Origin: Podarcis tiliguerta
Lineage: Eukaryota
Direction: 5' to 3' (one strand)
Assembly (NCBI GenBank): GCA_965153285.1
Contig: OZ229116.1
Length of the DNA stretch: 64,000 nucleotides
This document shows, piece after piece, positions 25,230 to 37,098 of the stretch. Under the pieces are notes generated by a model. That model did no database searches, had not been told where the DNA came from, and saw only the letters and a list, made by a program, of their open reading frames with translations. Made by a program: the position numbers and the translations under genes. Position 1 is the stretch's first letter. Each line of letters begins with the position of its first letter.

Positions 25230-26622
25230 TTGTTATGATTTGCAAATGTTCTGTGGTTTGCTTTATTTTTTATATTGAATAATAATTTAGTACTGGGGAG
25301 ATTGAGATAGCTTAATTTCATGGTTAAAGTATTGTGTACCCTGTGAACTTTTTAATAATATAAACGTGTGAAATGTAAAGAGGGGAAGCTTACAAGCATT
25401 AAACAGTGCAATGCACATTCACAGCAAAAATGGCCAGATGATCAAAAGAAAACATTTTAATAGATAAGGGTCATTAACCCATTATCAGAGTAAAATAAAA
25501 CTTTTGTGTAAAACTGAGCTATAGAACAACCAATCAAGAAGAATTGATTTGGTGGTTCAATAGTATTGTAGTACTTTTTGCCTTGGATTGTTGCAATAAT
25601 GATCCCAATGTTTACAAATGTGAAATCCTATAATTAGCAGTTAAGGCAAGATTTAAAATCCTATAATTACAACTTGTTACAGACATTCTAACTGGTACAA
25701 GAAGTTCTGTAATGAATGTCTACAGCTTCTTAAGAGACATTTTGTACCTCAGTTTGGATACTCGGGTACAAAACTGCAGCTGTGTTACATTGATCATGAA
25801 GGCGGAATACATGTGCCAATTTTATATGTGTTGATCATTTCCAGTGTCTCAACAAATGAAACTGATCTGTAGAAAATGTAACTTGAAAAAAGAGACATTG
25901 CACATACTTTTGTAAACCAAGAAATCTTTAATAAAAATACATTTTTTAAAAAGTGAGTGTTATGTCACCCACTGAGGTACTTGTTGACCTATGTACTTGA
26001 TGTAGGATCTCACATTTGCGGACCATGCAATCGTCACTACAGTAAGCCAAATCCATCTTATATGTAAATTGGTCATTTTAAAGGCTCAGTTTTGCTCTCC
26101 AGTCAGTTGTCTATGAAAAGATTTCTCACACATCCTTGCCATAATGAGGATGATAAGGAGCTGCAATTTGGGATTTAGGAGAAAAAAGACACACCAGCCT
26201 GCCTACTTACTTACTTTAATTTGAAATAGATTAGCACTATATTAAAGGTATTTCTATTCCACTCTGAGCATGATTTAATGTAAGACACTGTATGGTTTGG
26301 GCACTGTGAATATGACCACTTTTCTCCCTATATAAACACCATACTTAACTAGCGTTTTCTTGAAAAATGATATTCTACAACATGCCATAATTCCTTGTTT
26401 TATCACTCAGGAGGATTTGTCTTAATGTTTACTCTTTTATTATTTAACACTTTTCCTACACTGCCCTTCATCAAAATTGATTCCAGTTTATAGTTTTAAA
26501 AGGCAAAACAGTATAATTAAGCAAGCCAGCAGATAAAAGAACACTTCAGCGAGAAGTGCAACATTTGTCTTCTTATAGCTTAACCCCATTGCTTCTTGCC
26601 TTATGAGTGAGTGAACCATTTA

Positions 26623-26847
26623 CAGTGGTACCTCAGGTTACCTACGCTTCAGGTTACAGACTCCGCTAACCCAGAAATAGTGCTACAGGTTAAGAAATTT
26701 GCTTCAGGATGAGAACAGAAATTGTGCAGCGGTGGCGTAGCGGCAGCAGGAGGCCCCATTAGTTAAGTGGTGCTTCAGGTTAAGAACAGTTTCAGGTTAA
26801 GAACAGACCTCCAGAACGAATTAAGTACTTAACCCGGGGTACCACTG
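26623..26847. mobile_element. Tigger/pogo-like MITE
   Basis: TIR CAGTGGTACC...GGTACCACTG with TA TSD. Confidence 0.9.
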
Positions 26848-28246
26848 TATATTTTTATATATTGATATTTTTAAAAATGAAAATAAAAACTGTCTGTCAG
26901 TTAACAGTTCTTTATAGACTAAACATAAATTTTTCTGGGCTGATAATATGCTTTTAGAAGATGGTTATGGGTTTTTTACTTCATAAAATTGTAGTTGAAA
27001 GGGACCGAAAGTGTATTCTATTCCAATTCCCCCTGAAATGCATATTCCCACTTTACAAATTTGCAGCTCAGACCTATGCATGTTTACTCAGGACTCATCC
27101 ACGCAGTCATTTAATTTGGACAGTAATTTGTTACCCATCCATATTATGTTCTCTATCAAATCATTGTCTTCTCTCACTTTCCCCTCCTCAATCTGGATTT
27201 TCTCACAACGTCTCCTTTCCGCAGGATACCTGGTTTGAGAAAATGTGGATTGAGGGAGGGTAGGATGTGTGAGAAGGCAGTGATTTGGAGGAGAATGTCT
27301 CATAGATAATGAAGAATTAATGGAGATACAGGAAGCTTACTATCCACATTAAACAACACTGTGCATGAGCTCTCAATCTTCAGTGGACTTTACCCCTTAG
27401 CAAGTGTTCTAAAAATCAGTATCTTAACCCATCTTTATTGTATTACCACTCAGACCATGTGTAGTCACTGTGCAAAAGTGAAATAAATGAAATCTGCACT
27501 GAACATTTGCTAAAGCAAATATCTGCCTGATGTAACACACCATGAGCTGTGCATAAATCAGCTCAAATCACACTGTGATGATGCCGATTTAGTGTACTTG
27601 CATATAATTTCTCACCACAACCTAAAATACCACTGGTCTTTCCTAACACAAGTGTAGCGTGTTACCCACTCCTAAAACTCTATAATGCAAAGGCAGTAGT
27701 GCTCATCTTATACATAAGAGAGTTACTGCCAAATCCGAAAGCATTTTTATTTTCCCTTGTTTAATTTCTTTTTGTTGCCATCCATCAAGCACATTTTGAA
27801 CATTGCCTCGATTATTATTTTTTACATTATCACTCAGTTTTTTACCATAAATTCAACAAGCATCCTGCCAGCTCCTCTAGCCAAGTAATAAGACAGTTTT
27901 ATTCACCTTTACACAGAAAAAAAAGTCCCACTGAGTTTTAAAAAAGGGGGGGGTCTTTCTCTGCTCAAAAGTGAAGATAAAATCCCAGCCTAACTTTAAC
28001 AGGCCACTATTGTCACAGATGACTCCTGCTGAGTCCCCTGGAGTAAGGTAAGGGGGCATAGTCTAAGGAACAAGGTAAGTCAAAGCTGGGCAATATGAAG
28101 AATAGATCAGGTTAGGATGTACGTAAAGGCCCCAATATTCAACTTGTATCTGCAGCTCTGCATTAAAAAACAAAATCCAATCTGTTTCTAAGTCACTCAG
28201 TGCATTCTCCAGTTGGATCTTTGTTTCAGGTTCTGGGCTGAATTTC

Positions 28247-28689
28247 TTTCTTTTTTTTCAATTTTTTTTATTAAGTTTCACAAAATTATACACAAACAAA
28301 ACAAACAAACAAACAAACATAAATCATAACCTTATTAAAATTACACTTATTGACATTGTAAAGTGACTTCCTCGCTTCCCCTTGGTTGAATTTCCATGTA
28401 CAGTGGTACCTCGCAAGACGAATGCCTCGGAAGACGAAAAACACACAAGACGAAAGAGTTTTTCGTTTTCTGAGTTGCTTCGCAAGACGGATTTCCCTAT
28501 GGGCTTGCTTCGCAAGACGAAACGTCTTGCGCCCTTTTTTTTAAACTGCCAATGCATTCCTATGGGAAAACCGTCAATACACATTGGTGCTTCGCAAGAT
28601 GAAAAAACTCGCAGAACGAAAAAACTCGCAGAACGAATTAATTTCGTCTTGCGAGGCACCACTGTATATCCTTATAACAGCTTTCCAAA
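28247..28689 (-). mobile_element. Short 5'-truncated L1-type 3' fragment with a nested MITE
   Basis: Poly-T (minus-strand A tail) with TTTATT at the left end. 14-bp TSD CTGGGCTGAATTTC at 28233-28246 and 28690-28703. Confidence 0.8.
28401..28664. mobile_element. Tigger/pogo-like MITE nested in the L1 fragment
   Basis: TIR CAGTGGTACCTCGCAAGACGAA...TTCGTCTTGCGAGGCACCACTG with TA TSD. Internal CGCAAGACG repeats. Confidence 0.92.
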
Positions 28690-28998
28690 CTGGGCTGAAT
28701 TTCAAATAAAGCACAGTGTTGCACCTTTCACTTATAATAGGAAATATAAAAAAGGAAAATACTTTTTCATTTTTTGGCCAAAGTAGATGAAATGTATAGA
28801 AGACTCTTCAAAGTGGATTATCCCTGTCAAATTGCAAACAAATAGATTCAAGGATACTATTAAGACCAAGTGGTGTGCATTATTGATTGTACATTTCTTT
28901 AAAAAAAATAAATCTTTACAGTCTCATACCAGTCTTTCTTTCTGGTGGTTGGTTGTGCCCTCAGACATGCTTTAAGGCCTCCTAATAGGTCCTTATAG

Positions 28999-29170
28999 CA
29001 GAGCTTTCCAAACTTTTCATGTTGGCGACACACTTTTCAGACAGGCATCATTTCGCAACACAACAATTTTACTAGCAAACCGGAGGTTAAACTAACCCCC
29101 TTTCCTGTGTTCACATTACACACCTACACACTGCAGCCAACACACTAAACACACCATTCAGAAAGCCCTG
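28999..29170. mobile_element. hAT MITE
   Basis: TIR CAGAGCTTTC...GAAAGCCCTG. 8-bp TSD CCTTA(T/C)AG at 28991-28998 and 29171-29178. Confidence 0.85.
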
Positions 29171-29462
29171 CCTTACAGGTTTCTAACAAGTTGTGAAGAA
29201 TACTGCCTGAAGAGTTCTAAAGGGGTCTGTGTTAGCTTGTTTTTGTTAAAACAGAGCAATGTAGGATATTTTTGCAACCTTTTAATTTTCTTTAAAAAAT
29301 CATCCACTGCTGAGCTTTAACAAAAAAAAAAACACAATCCTGAGCTCTTGAGTGCTCTGCAGGAAACACTTTAGACAGCCTCACTTCTTGCAGAGCTCAT
29401 GGACTTACAGAAACAGAAAATTACACAGAAAATTATGCAGCTGTTTCTGCACAGAAACAGAG

Positions 29463-30012
29463 TGTCAGGGAACTGCCATCGGAGCAGGAGGAGGTGAGAG
29501 GGCTCCCAGATGATGGTGGAGAGGGTCCCAGTAGGAGGAGGGATAGCCCATACGCTGGGGAAGGAAATCAGCGTAACACCAGTGGAGAAGGGGAGGAGAT
29601 AGAGGAAGCGGAGAGGTGGCTCCAGGACTCTTCACAGGAGACAAGCGGAGAGGGGACAAGTGCTCCGTTGCCCACACCCACAGCGCGCAAAAAGCTTTCG
29701 CGCAGGCAACGGGGGAGGAGACTGGGCGTCAAGCAGCTTTTATGTTGGAAGAGGTTTAAGAAACGCCCACTGACAGATTCTGCCAGCGACTGAAGCAGCC
29801 ACGAAATAGGGGCTGCTCTGTCAGAAAGGGTTCAACTATGCAAGCTAGCCAGGAGTAAAGGCAACTTACGCACAAGCAATCCCTAGAACCATTACACAGA
29901 GTGACAGAGATTGAACCAGGATTGAGATACAGATGGTAACCATTTTTGGCACAATCAACTAACAAGCAATCGTCAACGATCCTTTTGGACCTGGAAGAGG
30001 GCAGGGGTGTGC

Positions 30013-30015
<3 letters not shown>
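29463..30015 (+). mobile_element. Solo LTR (Gypsy-like)
   Basis: Starts TGTCAGGG after an abrupt compositional change. Purine-rich U3, AGTAAA poly(A)-like signal (~29853), ends ...GTGTGCTA(T)A. Right TSD obscured by the adjacent LINE tail. Confidence 0.55.
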
Positions 30016-30054
<39 letters not shown>

Positions 30055-30168
30055 TTATTATTTATACCCCACCCATCTGGCTGGGTTTCCCCAGCCACTC
30101 TGGGCGGCTTCCAACAAAGTATTAAAATACAGTGGTCTGTTAAACATTAAAAGGTTCCCTAAACAGGG
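30015..30168 (-). mobile_element. L2-like LINE 3' end with (TAA)n tail
   Basis: (TAA)n at ~30015-30053 followed by the same sequence as 15663-15805. Confidence 0.75.
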
Positions 30169-30654
30169 ACCAATGTGCATGGGGGTGGGAACGGAACCCC
30201 CACACAAAACCCCCACACAAAATGGTCACATTGGTTATTTTTCTCAAAGCATTGTAGAACAATTCATACAAATTCAAACAAATAGAGCATTAAAATCAAA
30301 TGGGGGGGGATTGCACAAGAATAACAACAATACGCTCTCTCTCTCCTCACTTGCAGAACAAAAGATGATCCCCAAAATGCTACCTCAAATAGCTTCAAAG
30401 ATCATAACAGGCATGTGCCATTAAGGTAAGACAGGGAATACGCAGGAGAAATGATTTGGGGGCGATATGGAAGGTGTTTCTAGAATTTGTACTGTTAAAA
30501 CAGAAAGGGGTCAAACCATCTCAAGAGGTGTTGACATTTTGGGAGGTTGGATAGGTTCACTGGAATGGTCTCAATGGTGGGGTGCACATTAGTATTCTTA
30601 TTTATTTATGATTATTACTTTGTCAAAAGAAAAAAAAAGACCATAACGTATTCA

Positions 30655-30860
30655 CTCAAATGCCTGGGGAAATGGGAATGTCTTTATCTGGTTCCAAAAA
30701 GATGTCAGTGTCAGCACCAGGCTGGGGACAGCATCCCATAGGCTCCCCACTGCTGAAAAGGCCTGTTCCCTCATCATTCACCTTCCAAACTTCTCTTGAA
30801 GTGGGCATGCACAGAAGGGTCTCTCATAATGATCTGAGGTCTAGGTAGGCTCATGTGGAG
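30655..30860 (-). mobile_element. Degraded L2 ORF2 3' fragment
   Basis: AAATGCCTGGG...GAAAAGGCCTGTTCCCT...AGAAGGGTCTCT is the reverse complement of L2 C-terminal coding sequence (cf. 44000-44240). Confidence 0.55.
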
Positions 30861-33205
30861 TTCTGAGCTATGTAAGCAGCCTGAGCCTAGAATGAATTGA
30901 CGGCCAGATGAACCGGGCAAAAAATGGTGTTATACGTTATTATTATCACTTTGAAAGGACAGTAGAATATAGTTTCCATACACACTCTAGTTCTGGCATG
31001 TATATTTAGTAACTATAATAGGCTTTTATTTTTATCCATAGTTTTTGTTATTTACTCTATTTAGTTCTGAACCTAATAAGTTGTGACAGATTTCTGAAAG
31101 CTAAATACCTTAGAGTCGGGTTTTGCTTACAATATAATTATTCAGTTGTTAATCCCAAGAAACAGCAAAAGATGCATTTGTGTCATTGATTTTCTAGTGC
31201 AAAATATTAAGAATGACCCAAGAAAGTATTCATAATAATTCGGGATATGCTAAGTAATAAACTCCAAGAAGAAAAATAAAAGTCTATTATCCTATTATAT
31301 TTACAATATATGCATGCTAATTCCCCAGCTTGTTTTATATACAAGGATCACACTAAATGCCTTGCATTAAAAGATTATATCCTCGCTACCTTTTGTTGTC
31401 TTGTCTAAGCCTGTATTTTGCTGCAAGCTACAGGTGCAACAATTTGAATGAAGGATTTGTTTACGAATCAAAACATATTCCAAAGCAGGCAGCTCAGTCT
31501 GTGTGCATGTTATAGTTAATGCAAGTGCAGTGGAAAATGCGCAGAGACTGTACATGCCAGTGAATAGGTGCATTCAACTTGAAAACATGGAAAATATCCA
31601 CAAACAGAATTATAAACACACATCTTGCCAGGTCAGCACACAATATCTCACCTACATTCACCAGTCGCTTCCAAACCTTAGGAGAAATAGACGTGACCAT
31701 GAGATGTTTTCTAAGTATCCTACATAGCTAGAAACCTTTATCTTGTTAAAAATATAGTTTATATTATCTGGATTCAGGAGCAGCTCACAGACTGTCTACT
31801 GGAGTGTTATGGTGGTGTCATGCAGGAGGCAACAAGGAGTAAGATAAAGTGTCCTGGAAAACAAGTAAAATGTTGTTCCTTGAAATACAGAGAAACTGGA
31901 GACAGGGAGCCAGTCAAGGACACCAGGCAGATCGCAGACTGAATCATTTCACTCATCTATACTACAGTAACAGGTCAGCCCAGGATTTAGGTTCTGGTCA
32001 GCGGTTCTTCCATACAGGAAGCTGAGCCGAAGGGGGTGCAAAATTGAAAGGATCCATAATTGAAAAGATTCATTTTGGGGGTGCCAAATTTTGGCCTTGC
32101 ACAGGGCATCATATTACAAAACTCTGCTGCTGAACAGGTCAAACTGAATTTTCTGGACTAGTCTTCAGAGTTCAGATGCTGACATTAGTGGCATGATTAT
32201 GAATCAGAGCATTTCTCCAGAAAAGAACTGAAAAAGAACAGCTGATGGAAGAAATCCTTAGAGCTCCCTTGCAGATTAGGTTCTTCGGCAATCATGCAAT
32301 GCTATGCACCGGTAGCTGGCATGAAAAAGGCAACCTAGGCCAATCCTCATTGACTTTATTTGTTTCCTTTAGCAGAATTTGGCTTCATTTAAAACTCCAC
32401 TGATTGAGGTTGTTAAATAAATGAACTAAGTGATTTACACAAAATTGAAACACTTTATCCCCTCTTGCATCCATTTAAAAGACAAAGCTAACAACTTATT
32501 TCCATTTATTGAAATTTAGCTTACTCTGTTAAAACAGTCACTTTGGTGCAAAGTAATTAACATGCTTGTAAAATGCAGATTGACAAGGGGAAATTCATTG
32601 AATTGAGTTAATATTGTCTTTTCCTTGCCTCTGCATTTATATTTGTAGATTATATAATGACACACACACACGTATAATGTTGTCACAGGAAGTGCATGAG
32701 GACTAAAAAATTCCCTTTAGCCTGCTGTTTTGCTGCTGGATGGGACTATCCTCTTCCTCGACTATGACTGATCTGGTCATGCAGGTCATTGCTGTTCTAA
32801 GCCCTACTTTCATCAACACATTAATATCTGAGCAGAGGGTACTCAGCTGCTTTCAGTGGAAGATGGACTCTACAGGAAGCTGGGGCCACCACCAGCACCA
32901 TTTGCTAAAAATATTCTCCCCTTTGAGTATGGGCCAGGGGCCAATATTCCACTGCTTACTTGGAAGCTTCTCTGAACTTTTCAGAAGCAGGTCTCCACTT
33001 ACTGGGTCTTAGTAGGAAGTGCAGTCAAGAGGCAGCTGTAGAAAGACCCCCACCCATTTCCTAGAATGCACTGGGAGCAACACAACAAGGGCATAGCATC
33101 ACTTTCAACAAAGGCATTCCAGGAAGTGTGGCCAGTGGGAAACTGAAAAGAGAGTCTTCTGCTGCTGTAAGTGGATATTTTAAAAAATCAAGAATAAAAT
33201 TTGCA

Positions 33206-33560
33206 GGTTTCGCGTGGGTGGCACTGTGGGTTAAACCACAGAGCCTAGGGCTTGCCAATCAGAAGGTGGGTGGTTCGAATCCCTGTGACGGGGTGAGCTC
33301 CCATTGATCGGTCCCTGCTCCTGCCCACCTAGCAGTTCGAAAGCACATGAAAGTGCAAGTAGATAAATAGGTACCGCTCTGGCGGGAAGGTAAACGGCGT
33401 TTCCGTGTGCTGCTCTGGTTCGCCAGAAGCGGCTTAGTCATGCTGGCCACATGACCCGGAAGCTGTATGCCGGCTCCTTTGCTAGTAAAGCGAGATGAGC
33501 GCCGCACCCCTGAGTCACCCGTGACTGGACCTAACAGTCAGGGGTCCATTTACCTTTACC
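33206..33560 (+). mobile_element. Sauria SINE
   Basis: GGGTGGCACTGTGGGTTAAACCAC head, GGTTCGAATCCC, Sauria body, TTTACCTTTACC tail. Confidence 0.92.
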
Positions 33561-34493
33561 TAAAGAAATCAGAAACCAAGGAGGATCTTCCCCCTTTCTG
33601 CTATGATTTTCTGGGAGGGTGTCATATTTCAACTACTCACCCAGAGGAGAAATTGAGCTTGGAAATCTGTATTGCCTTTGAGAAACTTTGAAGACCAAGA
33701 AAGTCACAAAATGGTTAAAAGTAAACCATCAACAAAACAGTCTGTAAACACACAGAGGCATTCATGCAGTCCATAAAACAAAGCTCTCTTCCTAGCAATA
33801 TGATCTTTCACCCTGGAATTAATTGTCCATATACAAGGTGGCTTACCAACTTGATGAGCCATTGCTTTTTGCTTGCCTTCAGGCATGGGCCCACTGTAAA
33901 CAGGCTTTCTGCTTCGAATGGATTGTCATGCAAATACATCACTCCACAAATCCCTTCCTAGCCTGTTTTTACTATATTGTGGGGTGGGGGGAATATGCCA
34001 ACTTTCACAGGAAAGAGATTCACACTAGGCAGAAAGAAACATGCAATGTCACACCTTGGGCAAATAAGATTTTGTACATTGTTGTTCCCCTTCTAGAGAA
34101 GGAGAATGAATGACATATTTTTACTCCAATAATAACAACAACAATAATTTATATCCCACCATTTTGGCACACCAGGACTCAAGGCATTGATGGTCATGAC
34201 TCTGCAACAACTCAGCTTTTTTTTCCCCAGCCCAGTTAGATGGCACCATTGTGGGTAGGGTGGTAGGTCTTGTTGGGAACTCCTGAATCAAGGGTTTGCC
34301 ACCCACAAATATATGATCAATTTATTTTATTTATTACTTGCAGAACTTATCACTTTATATTAGACACATCAAAGAGATGTACAAAAGGGGGTGAATCCCT
34401 AATAAAAATAACAAGCAAAAATCCAATGTAGTAAAATATAATGGGGGAAACAAAATAGGAAGAGGACTGGAAATGCATTTAAGATATCATCCA

Positions 34494-34992
34494 AACTTCC
34501 CCAACCTGGCACCCTCCAGATGTTGTACAACAACTCCCAGCATCCCTAACCTTTGGTCATTCTGGCTAGGGTTGGTGGGAGTTAGACCCCAGTAATATTT
34601 GGAGGGACGCGGGTGGCGCTGTGGGTAAAACCTCAGCGCCTAGGACTTGCCGATCACATGGTTGGCAGTTCGAATCCCCGCGGTGGGGTGTGCTCCCGTC
34701 GCTCGGTCCCAGCGACTGCCAACCTAGCAGTTCGAAGGCACCCCTGGGTGCAAGTAGATAAATAGGGACCGCTTACCAGCGGGAAGGTAAACGGCGTTCT
34801 GTGTGCTGCGCTGGCTCGCCAGATGCAGCTTGTCACGCTGGCCACGTGACCCGGAAGTGTCTGCGGACAGCGCTGGCTCCCGGCCTATAGAGTGAGATAA
34901 GCGCACAACCCTAGAGTCTGGCAAGACTGGCCTGTACGGGCAGGGGTACCTTTACCTTTACCTTAATATTTGGAGGACACCATGCTGGGAAA
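34494..34992. mobile_element. Palindromic hAT-derived MITE interrupted by a Sauria SINE
   Basis: Left arm CCCTCCAGATGTTG...CAACTCCCAGCATCCC. The right arm ...TTTGGAGGACACCATGCTGGGAA is split by the SINE. Confidence 0.7.
34604..34963 (+). mobile_element. Sauria SINE (young, full length)
   Basis: GGGACGCGGGTGGCGCTGTGGGTAAAACC head, (ACCTTT)n tail. Perfect TSD TAATATTTGGA(GG) at 34593 and 34964. Confidence 0.95.
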
Positions 34993-36405
34993 ATATGCTG
35001 TGATCTGTCCATATCGGTGAGAGAAAATGACACTGGAAACTTGAAATATACTTTTACATTGACTTTCCAGAATGGCTAACATTTGATTAAAAACCCTAAT
35101 AATAAATGCCTTTAAATCTGCTTTCTGCTTTTTGCACATGCATACTAACAGCAGCAACGAAGATCAAAAGCATTTTTCATGACAAGTGTGAAAAGCACAA
35201 GAATTGTGCTTGCTGCCAGAGCTAAAGCACAAAGAACAAAGATGTGAAGATTTCAATTTTACCAGCAGAACATATTATCCCAATCAAATATCCGACCTGC
35301 TGTTTTTGTTGTTTTGTTTTCCCAATTAACAAGTGATAATTATGGTTTTTCTTTTTAAAAAGTTATCCAACCTTTAAAGGTCTTTTGAAAAACTTTCTCG
35401 TGCTTCAAAGCACCATTTTAGTATTTGCTTTGCATCTAGTTTCATGGGAAATGCTGGCATCTTCAGTTTGTTTCTGCTTCACAGATTGGCTATGTAGTGA
35501 AGGAGAAGTTGGCTTTCTTATTTTAATCTGTCTTGCATAATCAATAAATCATCACAATCTCCAGTGTCATATCATTGTTACTACTAGGGGGTGTGCACTG
35601 ACCACAAATTTCAGTCAAGACCTCAGTTGAGCACTGCTCCAAAGTGGGTCTCAGGCTGCCAGATTTGGCTTGAGGTCCAAGTCCAAATCCATTTCAAGGC
35701 GGGGGGGGGGAGGGGAGGCTTTGTTATCCCTCCACCCAACCCAGATTCACAGCCAAGAAATCAAAAAACTATTTTACAAGATGACAGAAGTGGATAAAAC
35801 CTACCAAAGGATGTGAAAATAAATTGGGGGGTTTTTTGGAGCTGACACGATTCACTTTCCTTCCTGTGATTTTGTTTGTGAGCACCTAAGAAGCACTTCA
35901 CACTGAGAAATGAAAACTGTTTTGATATGAAGATCATGTGGACATTGAAAATTTCAATTGTGTGGCTCCATATTCCCCTGACACCAAATCCTCCATAGTC
36001 TCGCTCTGTGGAAGTTGTGCCTTGGGGTATGTGTGTGTGTGATTTTTATCAAGACAGTGGCACAGAGGGGAAGGGTTAAGCTCTCCTTCCCAATCCCTGT
36101 GGTCCTGATACTATTTAAAATGCTATGTTGATTAATTCCTTCAATTAATGCTATACAGACAACTGTTTTATGCTTATGTGTGTGACCATGCATATGCACA
36201 TCAGATTGAACCTAGAAGTGACTCAAACACGTCACCAAAAAGTCACCAAAAGGGGCGGGGCAGAGCATAGGCAGAACAGGGTGAGGTGGCCTTACTCAGG
36301 CCCTGCCAACAGGCACAGGGGTCCAGAACATAAACCCTCCACAAATCTGTCACTGCCTGCAGTTTGGCTCTTAGGTAATAGAAACCAAATACTCAGAATA
36401 TATCT

Positions 36406-37098
36406 TGTTGCGTGTCGAGACCCCGAAGCCACCCCCTCATTGATGACTAAGACACAAGGACACGGATATTAGGTTAATGGTTATTGGGCAAATTTAGGTC
36501 ACAACTTTATTGGTTACAGAATGTGAGCGGTATTGGCTTAGGCATTGGAATTGACCCAACTATATCTGACTCCCCCAGTAGGGGGAGCCCCATCGATGCA
36601 AATCAACTCGAGCTCCCCCTGGGTTCCCGACAGGGTCGTGGCATGGCCCTAGCTCCGCCTCGGGCTTCAGACACAATCCACACCCCCGGATTTCTTTAAC
36701 AGAATACCCTTAAGCTTGGAGGGGCAGGTGATGGCCACATCTCCCCTCCCCCAGCATAAGATCAACCAATGTCTAACCGCCAACCCTTACAAAGTTGTGA
36801 TGATTGCTATGAGGTAGCAGAAAATCAAATGGCCCATGCAAATTTGCCAAGTGGAAAAAATCCTGCCGGGCCCCTCAACGGCAACCAGCTGGGGTCCATA
36901 GCAAAGCCAATGTCGAAACCTGAAAATACGGGCCCAGCCACACGTCCCCCAGCCAGCGGATTGGCTGGCTGGAAATGATGTGGCTGGGAACCTCTGGGTG
37001 ACGCGGGACTTCATCCCCTGCCCCCGGAGGAGAGTGGGTGGCCAAGTGGTCCACCGCAATTCCTCTCCACTGGGAAGTGAAGCGAATTTCTAGCTGAA
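36406..37098 (-). mobile_element. LTR-like element, copy C
   Basis: Begins TGTTGCGTGTCGAGACCCCGAAGCCACCC, matching the reverse complement of copy A's end. Also GGTCACAACTTTATT, AGGCATTGG and CTTTAACAGAATACCCT. Right boundary approximate. Confidence 0.65.

Noticed and set aside
28401-28664. Recurrent CGCAAGACG units as a CRISPR-like array
   Set aside because: They are irregular subterminal repeats inside a TIR-bounded MITE in vertebrate DNA, with no constant repeat-spacer period and no cas genes.
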